Below, piece after piece: positions 52,443 to 64,000 of a DNA stretch of 64,000 nucleotides. The translations under genes and the position numbers were made by a program. The DNA is from Octopus vulgaris (lineage: Eukaryota). The stretch's first letter is position 1. Every line of letters starts with the position of its first letter. The notes under the pieces were generated by a model. It searched no databases, was not told the DNA's origin, and saw only the letters and a program-made list of their open reading frames with translations. Location: assembly GCA_951406725.2 (NCBI GenBank), contig OX597831.1, positions 37,882,001 through 37,946,000 on the forward strand. The letters are read 5' to 3'.

Positions 52443-52859
52443 ACTTTCTCATTTTCCCGAGTGTAAAATTAACACGCCTGATCGTTGTTCATGCACCTAC
52501 CTTCGTCTTTTTTTCTGTAAATTTCAACTATAAATTTGTGTATTTTTGTAGTGATATTGTTACCCTTACTTCTGTAAGTAGAAATGAGGTATGGCTTGTC
52601 AAAGAAATGTTATAACTCTACCATCAGTTTTTGTACTTCCAGGAATAATTCAATAACATTTATGCATGGTTCTGATGCGGTCTAATTATCGTGTTCTAAG
52701 GTTAGACATGCACAAACAAGCACGTGCGCGATCTGATATAGATGCACACACATGTCGATATTCCACGTGTGAGTGTTCGATTCTCACCTCTTAACATATT
52801 GATAGCGTGTGTGGATGCAATTCCCGTAAAGAAGCAGTGCATCGAAATTTACATGAAAG

Positions 52860-52981
52860 GCGTACATAATTTATAACATATACCTAAGCTAAGGAGTACC
52901 TAATTTAAAACATGTACTTAATGTTACGAGTACCTAATTTAAAATATGTACTTAATTTTACGTGTACCTAATTTAAAACAT
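52860..52981. repeat. 34-bp minisatellite, ~3.6 copies
   Basis: Unit GAGTACCTAATTTAAAACATGTACTTAATGTTAC. Confidence 0.85.
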
Positions 52982-54802
52982 AAATCGCGTTGATTTGCAG
53001 AACTAAAGTAAATATTTCAGTACAATGCCCCTGCATGGCCATTGTGTGATGACTGAATTGTGTTAAATAATACATTTTAATGGATGGCAGCTCGAATCCT
53101 GTCATTTATTTGAAAACTAGCATAATTCTCTTCAGCAAATTTTGGTGTTTTATTAAAATCCCAATTCCAAAAGATCAAGAGTAGAATCTTCCAGAATTTC
53201 AAGCATTTGAAAAAGACAAATAGAGTATTGCTGTTTTGCAAATTGTATCTAATTTCATATTTTATTGTTTGTTAAGACCAGAAGGAATTTATTTCCGAAA
53301 TATTTGGAATGCTAATGAAATAAAAGAAAGACAGAATAGGAGAAAAATGTGTTATATTCGAAAAACGTGTATAACAATAGTGATTGATGAAACAAATGCA
53401 CAAAAATAAACAATGAAAGAACAAAAAGAATGGAGAGGTAAACTGAAATGAAAATAATTATTTTAAAGAAAAAATACGGCAGTTATTCCTCGCAAAGGAG
53501 AAGCTAATTAAAATCTTAAAAGGAATTCATGGAAATACTTCGGGGACATAATTGTCTTCAATGAATGCTCAGAAGGGAAATGCTTCCTTGGAAGACATTT
53601 TCTTAAAAGCATGATAGTAATAGTAGAATGAGCGAAAGTTTGAATTTCTAAAGGAAATAATACTTTTTGCTATAGAGTTGGATTCTGGTAATTTATCAGA
53701 AGTTTTTTTTTTTTTTTTAATCTTATTTTGTTTATCTATGTTTCTTGTGATTAGTTCGATAATGAAATGATAACTAATTATAAAAGACAGACAATACAAC
53801 ATAATCAAAACATTTAAACAACTGACCCAGTTTCTTAAATGAAGCTGATTTATAGAGAAAGACAGATAGAAAGAGAAAGAAGAGAGAGAGAGAGAGCAAG
53901 AGAGAGAGAGGTAAAGATGTCAGAATAGTTTATTTATTAGAGGAAGATCTGCAATTTTGAAGAACGTGTTTTTTTCTCTTGCTACAAAACTGGTTTGCAT
54001 AGGATACATTCTGTGAAACATTATATTTATTTATAGTGTTAAAAGTTTGATGTTCCTATTTTCACATCATTGCTATGGGAAATGAATAACGTAATTTCAT
54101 AAGTTCCAGATGAGAATTACAACTGGAATCTTGTAAAAATTCTTAAAAACTTATTGCAGCTCTATTACATACATGTTGTGTAAATAAGGAAGTGAACACT
54201 TTATTAAATTTCAAAAGGAAAACTCGAATAAATCTACAAATACAAGTAGCTTATCAACTTACACTTAAAAATTATCCTGGTAACTAAGTTATCTTACTTG
54301 AAAACAATAAGGCAATTACAATCGTGTGGAGTGATGGATATATTCCCTCGTTTAGTACTAGTAATAATTATTCACGTTGTTGTTCCTCACGATGTTGCAG
54401 TATCATTTTATTCAATAATACTGATGTCATCCATCTTCCATTTCTTTTTGTCTTTTGTTCTATTCTAAATCATGTCATTCTTAAAAGTACGATTCTATCA
54501 TGAAAATGTGTATCATTTTTTTTTTTTTTTGTTTTTTGCTAGTATATTTTTGAGATCATTTTATCATTTTTAGCGATTGCTATTAAATATTTTTTTCGTG
54601 AGCTGGGAAAAATTAAAGTTGCTTATCCTCTTAAGACTAGCCAACAAGCTATGAAGTAAACCAGGAGATTCTGCAAACTTTTCCTGGGCCCCAGAGAAAA
54701 GAAGTTAAATACATTTATTTAGCTTCCATAGTAATTGTGTTATAAATTGCAGTATATCTAAAATAATTCACCTTCTGAACACACGAGCTCCCAAACATAT
54801 GG

Positions 54803-54879
<77 letters not shown>

Positions 54880-54996
54880 AATGTGTGTATGTGTATAAAT
54901 ACATATATATATAAGCGTTTAACCACACACAAAAACATGTGCATACACTAATGCATTTACAATCTCATCTGCTGCAGTTTCAAATATGCAAAGATG

Positions 54997-55064
<68 letters not shown>

Positions 55065-55965
55065 ATATATATATATATATGAAATGAAAACCCAGTGTAC
55101 TAAAATTAAAACACACACACACAAGCAAGCACACACACATATACATACAGACAGACATACACACACACACACACACAAGAAATAATAGTAATTCATTGTT
55201 ATCGGGCCAGAAACCATTGTTATCGGGCCAGGAAGTGGACATGTAGCAATTCTATTACTCGTTTTTTTTTTAAATATGTTTTAAATGCTCTTTTATTCCG
55301 TTCTAGCATTGTATGTATGAATAGGGCAGAAGAGTAAGTATGTTAAAAAGATCTTTAACACTGAAAACAGTAATTGATAGAAAAAAAAGAAGAGAAGGTG
55401 ATATGGCAAGGTTTATACTGAATAATAAAAAAAATTCTATTCTTATTCAAATGAAAGAAATATAAGGAAAAATAGAAAATATAATGAAACAGAAAAATAA
55501 AGATAATATGATTGAGATAGATCACTTCAAAGTTTCTGGTGATAATGCAACTGAATATTCATTGACATGTCCAATGACAATATATGAATGCAATCAATGG
55601 AAGATGGAACTCCATATGGAGTAATTTTAAACTATGGAAGGCATTGTGAATAAGAAGATTCGAGAACATATATATATATAAGTATGGAGGTGGAAGATGT
55701 AGAGAAGTAATGGACACTAAGTCTTACAATAAGTTAATTTTATTTCTGTAGGTTTTGAGTTCAAATAGTTCCGGGTGGTAATGGTGGTATTGGTGGTTGG
55801 GTGGGGTGGTTGCCAACTTTCAATATAATATTTCATGTGTTGAATAATTTATAAGTACATGCCTAATACTTATGCTTTTATTAGTATTGATGTATTGCGT
55901 TCAAATCACACCAGGAGTAAGCGTACAGTATATTATTTAATGTCCTGGTGTGTGTGTATACACGC

Positions 55966-56028
<63 letters not shown>

Positions 56029-56172
56029 TATATGCATACATATATATATGTGTGTGTGTGTGTGCATAGTAGTGTGTGCACACCATTTTCTTTCATTCCT
56101 TTACACATACTAAATGAAGAGAATGTGTATAAGGAAGTATGATTATTTGCATATATATGTATATATATATAC

Positions 56173-56242
<70 letters not shown>

Positions 56243-56858
56243 AGAGAGAGACAGAGAGATATACATACATACATATGTGTATTTATATTTATATGTGTAT
56301 TTGTGAATGTGCATATTTCTATAAAATTAGATTTTTATAGTTAAATATATATATATATATATATATGCGTTTGGCTTTGTGTATGTGTTTACGTATGGCT
56401 TTGTGTGTTAATATATGGCGATGTGAACGCGTGTGCAGTCGTTTAGCAGTAGGAACGAGTGAGCATAAAATAAATTGCTTAGAAAGACTACAAGTTTCCC
56501 TAAACATTATTGATGGATTCCATCAATTAGAAAACCTAATTACCTATGCCGATGAGGTTAACGAAAGGATTGTTAACCACAGTAAGAACAAACGGTTAAA
56601 GTCTGAGAAATATGTCCCTTGTTGGCAAGAAAATGATTCCATTTCTCTTAGTTGGAAAGCCTGCCTTCTCCTATTTTATCTTATATCTCTTACCTGTTTC
56701 ATTCATTGGACAGTGGCCTTACAGTTGCACCACTTTAATTTTGTATAACGGCCTTTTTTCATAGCGTTTTTCAGATGGCCAGATAACCGAAGAGATGGTG
56801 GTGTGGATTTCCACCTCGGCATCCGAAACACAGAGTTTTATCTTGGGTACCGTTTTTA

Positions 56859-56918
<60 letters not shown>

Positions 56919-57096
56919 CATATGCATATTTATGTATATATACATGTATATGTATATTTATGTATATACATATGTAGACATATACAGAGACACACACATA
57001 CACACATGCACAGACATATGTTTGCTTCCCGTCGTCATCGTATTAGTTTCGGTCCTGCAGCAAGACACCATGAACAAGTGCCTTGCACAGATATAC

Positions 57097-57289
<193 letters not shown>

Positions 57290-57725
57290 TATATAAATGC
57301 ATATATATATATAAATGTATATATATATATATATATATATGGAGTTTAACGCAGGTGTTATTGAAATTATTTTACTTCCGACACATGTATCGAATATATC
57401 ACTGTTATTATTGGAAACGAATAACATGGTGTAGAATAATGTATTCTTCTCTTCAGGGAAGAGTACAAATGAAACTCGTCAAAAAAACATTTTAACAGAG
57501 AATGATGGATATCTATAGTGATTAATTGAACCCTATTAATATTGTTTGAAAAAAACGTTATAGGATATAACGTCAGAGGTAGCCTATAGAAAGAGGAGGG
57601 ATAAAGTAAAGAAAAACTAAATAAATGAGAAGTATATGACTATATGTATATTAAATAAAACTATATAGACTTGGAAAAATGTATATCTAGTGAATGTGAA
57701 ATGTAACAAGGGAAAAATACACACA

Positions 57726-57791
<66 letters not shown>

Positions 57792-58979
57792 ACACACACA
57801 CATATATATATATATAAAGTATATGGACAGTTAAAAAATACCGACCGATGTAAGCAAAGGTATTCAGATTAAATTTGACGAAATTTTCTGTTTTATTCTA
57901 ACGAACAGCTTCATATATTGGTGAACCTTCAACGGCGTTGGTGAGGTTACACATTGGAATGGTAGGTGAGCAAAAGTTATTTGACATAGAGAACTGTAAG
58001 CCATCTGGACTTGTGAAAACAGTTATCTCTGTCAAGACTGCTGCTCAATGCTCTTTGAACTTGTAAAGATATAAAACGTGACATGGATAGCTTCAACAGA
58101 GGCTACAAAACTATGAGCAGCAATAAGGGACACAGCACGTCTTCTGACTACACCCGCATGCCTAGATGCATCCTGAAATGTTTGGAGAGAGCCTTAGAAT
58201 CAAATCAGACATTCACAGGAAACTACCGGACACTTTGTTCAATCCTTGGATGGAAAGGGTTACTGCAGGAGGATTCTATATATGGCAGCATGATTTGAAA
58301 GTTTTGTTTAATATTTTCTCAAGATATTTTCTCAAGATATTTCCTTGCAAATTAATAGCATTAATTGCAAACTGTTTTTAGCATTTTCTTATTATTATCA
58401 AAGGATGTATATATGTATTGTAATATTTTGTGACAACCAGTACTTAACGCAGCAGAGCTCTTACGAAGCTTTCCATTTTAATTTTGACAATCTTTTCCTA
58501 AAAAAATGAAACCGGTGAAGTGAATAAACATCTTTAAAAATTGCATTGTCAAACCTCCTTCCATATATATATATATATATATATGTATGAAAACATGTGT
58601 TAGTACTATGAATGTATGTTTGTTCTTTTGAGTGTATCCATGTTTAGCGTATATTGTGCACGTAACTCCAAAACTATAACAACCCCAATTGTTCCGTTGA
58701 CTAAACTATTAAATTCATTTACCCTAAAGTAAATTGTTCCCAGTTGTTGTCGTTTCTTTACTCATTTCTTTAGATAAAAATACATGATTGAATTTTCAGA
58801 TGTGCTTCTTTTCTGTGGACGCATTAGTTATGAGGACTTGCCGGTGAGGATATGTCGCACCGTAAGCAGATTGTTTTAACAGGAGCTAGAAGTGAACTCG
58901 CAAACAAAATTGCTACATGATGCCTTATCTCATGAAAATATTCTAGTTTGATACTAATTGCCTCTGAGGGTGTTGTTGT

Positions 58980-58991
58980 GGTTGATGATGT

Positions 58992-59041
<50 letters not shown>

Positions 59042-59081
59042 TTGATGATGATGATGATGATGATAATGATGATGGTGAAGT

Positions 59082-59139
<58 letters not shown>

Positions 59140-59143
59140 GATG
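58980..59143. repeat. (GAT)n microsatellite
   Basis: Read directly. Confidence 0.95.
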
Positions 59144-61176
59144 TAGTGTCTGCTTTTAGGCTTTACCTTGCAACTACTTATTGAATCATATACAACTTTG
59201 AATATTGTATATAAACTTCCTCTTTTCCAAGAACTTCAGCAGATTTTGCCTAAAACGAGGTGTTTAGTTTAGTGGTATGTGCTTAAGGACAGAGCCCAAT
59301 TAACAAATCAATATGCGTTACTTCAAAACAATTGGTCTGCTCTAAGGTAATTTTCTTTATTTATGTATTTGTATAGCTATGAATATATTTCGGCCATTTA
59401 CAATACTATAATGGAATAATAACATGAAATCAAAGCTATGCCAAATAATGGCAAGAATATACCTTCTTCAAGTCATAATGACATATATCTGAAGCAGGCT
59501 TTCATTTCAGCTCTGTTTCTCCCAGAAACTAACTTCAAACTAGATGTTTCCATAAATATATTCTAGAAAATTGTGATCTTTAAAATATATTTATTTAAAC
59601 ATTTCCTTTCGTCTTCTCTTTGGCATAACCATTTATTTGATAAGAATTTCGCTATATAATATCTACTTTAAATGTAGTGTTGAAAACCAAACTATTTCAC
59701 AGGCATGGTATAATAATACTTAAAACTTTGCAGAATCTCTCCTATGATGTTAACAGATCTTATTGATAATATGAATCATTGATATAATTTAGCCAACAGC
59801 TATAAGTGTATCTAATTTATCTGGCTTCAATGAATACGAGAGAAGTTTCTTTTGAGATTTGTTATTGAAATGATGTATTTAATATCCCCTATGGGAGAAA
59901 ATCAGAATTGCTATCACACATCCCGAAACAATCTAGCTGCCATATTTATATACCGTGCTATACTAATGTACAGTATTCGGCCGCCACAAAAATATCTAGT
60001 AACTGTCTGACTTTCAGAATCACAAATAGTGAAGTTGTTAGGTGTAAAATCACTCCCGGCTCAGACACTCAAATTAACGAAGTAGTTAGTTTGGATAATG
60101 AATCTGTTCGCATAGCTACCACATCACCATTGGTAACTTACAATAATGTAACAACACGTTTCTTTGCTTTAAGGAAAAGTACGACGATTGTAATTAAAGA
60201 GTAATTGTGCATAACCTTGCTCTATCGAAGTCGACTTCTGGCTAAACAACAAGGGAATGTTAGTAACCTATGCACTCAAACCTTTATACATTATCAAAGT
60301 GACTGACCGTTCTGCATTGTAAATTCTTAACTAAGTGAATGAAGTCTACAAGATTAAATTGCCATCAACTATTTCTCGTAAAACAGTGCTGGTATATGTT
60401 AGCAGAATGTGTAGAGGAAGATTTACTTTTCAACATCTTGTCATAGAAACACTTCGAAATGAAAAGTTCTTTGTGGCTTTTCTCCGTATACACTAAGGAG
60501 CAATTTTCGTGTAACAGATATTACATGCAACGGCGCTAAAAACGAAGGTTTAGATACGTTGTAATGAGGAACTATTGAATATAGTTTTACTATTATATAT
60601 AACATGCAAACATGTGGATTAAGTATTTTAATCCACACTACGTTCCCCTCCCAGTGATATCCTAGCCAATGATACATCTTCAGTAAGGCACGACGAAGAA
60701 ATGTGCCAAGTCATTTGGAGTGCCTTCATTTGGTCGAGCGTGCTGTTAGAGATGGCAACCAAATCATTCCAACAGTCTCTTGCTATTTTCAATGCAGACC
60801 ACATTAAAAACTCTAATGTGTCCCTGAGCAAAAATACGAGAGGCTTATGGTTGGCTTATTCGCGATGAAGATTACAATCGCGATGAAGGAAAAACTAGAA
60901 CAACACACAGCAATTCCATTTCAAACTGTAGCTGCGCTGGGGCCGAATATCTAATTTGTAGACGATCCCAGAATGACGAATGCTCTACTGAATCTTGAAC
61001 GCATTCCTTTACTACTTACATCAATAGCTCTGTCTTAAGAGGAAGTAAAGTTTTGTAGCGCTTAAGAAAGTTGCCTTAAAAGCGTTGATCTGGACCAAAG
61101 CTCGCAGCAAAGTGGACTCAAACACATCCATTGAGTATTCATGTTGTAGTGCTAAATCAAGTGGCGTGTTTAGTGT

Positions 61177-61411
61177 GGAAGCACTCTGTCGGTTACGACG
61201 GCGAGGGTTCCGGTTGATCCGATCAACGGAACAGCCTGCTCGTGAAATTAACGTGTAAGTGGCTGAGCACTCCACAGACATGTGTACCCTTAACTTAGTT
61301 CTCGGGGATTTTCAGCGTGACACAGAGAGTGACAAGGCCCGGTCTGGGAATCGAAACCGCGATCCTACGACCGCGAGTCCGCTGCCCTAACCACTGGGCC
61401 ATTGCGCCTCC
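61177..61411 (-). mobile_element. Young SINE (tRNA head and C2 tail, CORE-like domain missing) with a 14-bp target-site duplication (TSD)
   Basis: TSD GGCGTGTTTAGTGT at 61163-61176 and 61412-61425; A box TGGCCCAGTGG, B box GTTTCGATTCC. Confidence 0.9.
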
Positions 61412-61551
61412 GGCGTGTTTAGTGTACCACTCAAATATAGGAACTGTGGGCTGACGTCCATACGCTACGTGTCGTTTAGATTGATTCTCAAAGCTTTAGC
61501 CTCCATTATGATTTGGTAGAAGACAGTTACATAAAATGATGCACTGTGCGA

Positions 61552-62454
61552 AATGAGGTGAAATCAAGAAGTTCCCGGATTAGTTATGTTCAACAAAAAA
61601 TATTTTATTTACCTAAGTTTGAACATAACATCATCTCCTTCGAAATAGTCACCTTGCACAGTAATACACCAGTCCCAGCATTCTTGCCACGTTCGGAATC
61701 CGGCCTGGAAGTCGTTTTCCCTGAGCGAGTCGAGGGTCTTCCGCGATTCACTTCGGATCCCGACATCGGTGTTAAAACGTTGACATTTGAGCTACATTTT
61801 CATCTTGGGGAAGAAATGGAAATCCCCAGGAACTGAATCTGATGAATAAGGTGTATGCAGAAGCGATACCATGTTGTTTTTGGCTAAGAACACACGAGTG
61901 AAGAGAGCTCGGTGACAGGGAGCTTTGTTGTTGTGAAGAATCCATTACTTCGCACTCCAAAAATCCACCACCGAATGCTTCAAAACGTCATTGAATGTCC
62001 TATGAAAATCTTCATGGAGACGCTGATGAAATGTTCTCCACATTTCCAGGGGGACGCTTGCGGTAGGTCTTCCGGGTCGCTCATCGTCTTCCGGGAACGT
62101 TCTTTCGATTTTGAAGCTCCTGTGTCACTCGAAATAGTGTGTACGACCCATTACCTCGTCTCTGTAAGCTTACCGTATCAGGCTCAATGTCTCTGTCGCA
62201 GACGTCCCATGTTTAACGCAAAATATCACATTGACTCTTTCTTGCAACTTTCTGTACGTACCAAGATCGCAGACTGCCATATACACATGATCTCAAAAAC
62301 ACAAATTCCACAACTTGCGAAGGAGACACAGCGACTCCTCTCTTCCCACTGAAGCATGATGGTTACTTCTAGATTTCACTGGGCACAAACCGTGTGCTGC
62401 CATCTATCGGCGCGCTACAGAACTAGTCTGAGAAGTTTTGGATATTACTTCGTA
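61552..62454 (-). mobile_element. Decayed, internally deleted mariner transposon
   Basis: Minus strand encodes LQERVNVIFCVKHGTSATETL..EDDERPGRP, PYSSDSVPGDFHFFPKMK (derived from the YSPDLAP.D motif) and CITVQGDYFEG; degenerate TIRs at both ends. Confidence 0.9.
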
Positions 62455-63514
62455 CAACAAGAAAACGTTTATGTAATGAACAATTCATAAACACACAGTT
62501 CTAACTGCATCCATAAAATAACAGAACCAGTAACAGACTCCAAACTCTGCAAACTACAAAACTTTTAATTTTGTGCCAATTTGTCTACAGCAAGAATTGT
62601 CTACTAAAAGCTAAAATATTGGCGATAGAACTTTCGCTAAGATAATTTAATTTGTAAATGTCAAATAATTATTTCATTATGGACATTTATTTCGTAATTA
62701 GAAATAGTACAGCAATCAATAATTTTCTGCTACGAATTTGTGTCTATGAACAGTATTTCATTAAGTATATATTTTTGAAACTGCTAGTTTTCTTTTTCAT
62801 TTTTTTTTTCTTCAATAATATGCTTTTTCTGACGGCATTCTTTTTGACGTGATAAAGTTAAACAAAAATATCTGAAGATCAGTGTGTGGTAATGATTACA
62901 TGAAAGTTATTCATATTACTGGTGTTTTACATCTGATCAAACCTGAGAGACTAGATCTATGAGGAAAAGCTTTCAGATCGTCATTGTCTGGTCTTTTAAA
63001 GTGTACATCAGACTACATGTGTCAATGTCACTTCATTACTCAGAAGTGGCGTGTGGAAGGTGTGTGAGTTCTTCTTGTTGTGTCTGGTCAGAGAAACCAT
63101 TTTGTGAGATAATTCTCTCATATTTCTAATGGAATGGAAAGAAGAATATACCTAAGTCACAACTTTCTGGAGGACATAAAATGAACGAATGAAATATAGC
63201 CATAGCTTCACGTAAGCTAATATGCTTAAAATCTTCCCTTTGCCAGTACGTAACCCCAACTTAGATCCTTGTGAGACAATAACAAATCAATATTCATCGA
63301 ATTTTCTAATAATTTGAACTAATAAAAAGTGCTTTGTTGGCTACGGTGTTTGTTTGTAAGCAACAGAGAGAGAGAGAGAAAGAGAGAGAAAGAGAGAATG
63401 AGAGAGAAGGAGCGAAAGAGAGAAAGAGAGCGAGAGATTACTCTATGGCTGTGTCTGTGTTGCTCTGTGCCAGTTTAACACAGCGCAATTAGTATCGAAT
63501 GTCACGCCTAAAAA

Positions 63515-63920
63515 GGCGACGAGCATGCAGAAACTTTACCACGCCGGGCGAAATGCGTAGCCGTGTTTCGTCTGCCGTTACATTCTGAGTTCAAATTCCG
63601 CCGAGGTCAACTTTGCCTTTCATGCTTTCGGAGGTGATTAAATAAGTTACGCACTGGGGTCGATGTAATGGACTTAATCCGTTTGTCTGTCTTTGTTTGT
63701 CCCCTCTGTGTTTAGCCCCTTGTGGATAGTAAAGAAATAGGCATTTCGTCTGCCGTTACGTTCTGAGTTCAAATTCCGCCGAGGTCAACTTTGCCTTTCA
63801 TCCTTCCGGGGTCGATTAAATAAGTACCATTTATGTACTAATGATCGATGTAATTGACTTAATCCCTTTGTCCGTGTTTGTCCCCTCTATGTTTAGTCCC
63901 CCGTGGACAATAAAGACATA
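63515..63920 (+). mobile_element. SINE-like family D, tandem dimer
   Basis: Match to the 9498 array. Confidence 0.85.
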
Positions 63921-64000
63921 GATACATTACGCTTAAAGCTAACTCAGACATTCCGAAGAAACAAATTAAAAAATACCAAATAAGTATTTTGCTATGACAC

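Noticed and set aside
56365-56748. 127-aa ORF, plus short ORFs at 58083, 59908 and 60628
   Set aside because: No recognisable domain or splice context, and the lengths are compatible with chance.
61912-62352. 146-aa plus-strand ORF
   Set aside because: It is antisense to the decayed mariner transposase.

Overview
This is a 64-kb, AT-rich, microsatellite-dense eukaryotic window, intergenic or intronic, with no credible intact protein-coding exon. Nearly all listed ORFs are translations of simple repeats or SINEs. The repeat content (tRNA-derived SINEs with CORE-like domains, very abundant (TA)n, (CATA)n and (GATA)n) looks like an octopus or other coleoid cephalopod genome; this is inference from recalled repeat families, not a database match. 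Recognisable elements include about four SINE families, 3' fragments of CR1-like, Tx1/L1-like and RTE-like LINEs, a decayed mariner with its MITEs, pogo/Tigger-like MITEs, a non-autonomous Helitron and a 919-bp tandem duplication. Three signals stand out. (1) About ten minimal type-I hammerhead ribozyme (HHR) motifs from several sequence families sit in small non-coding, mostly inverted-repeat elements, usually beside (TA)n tracts, resembling Penelope-like elements or retrozymes. One ~560-nt unit occurs twice with permuted ends, and two inverted arms stop at the predicted cleavage site. (2) A ~230-bp non-coding element occurs three times with a conserved octamer/homeodomain-site core. (3) Two SINE families share their 3' tails with LINE fragments in the same window. 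Coordinates were read by eye and element boundaries are approximate.
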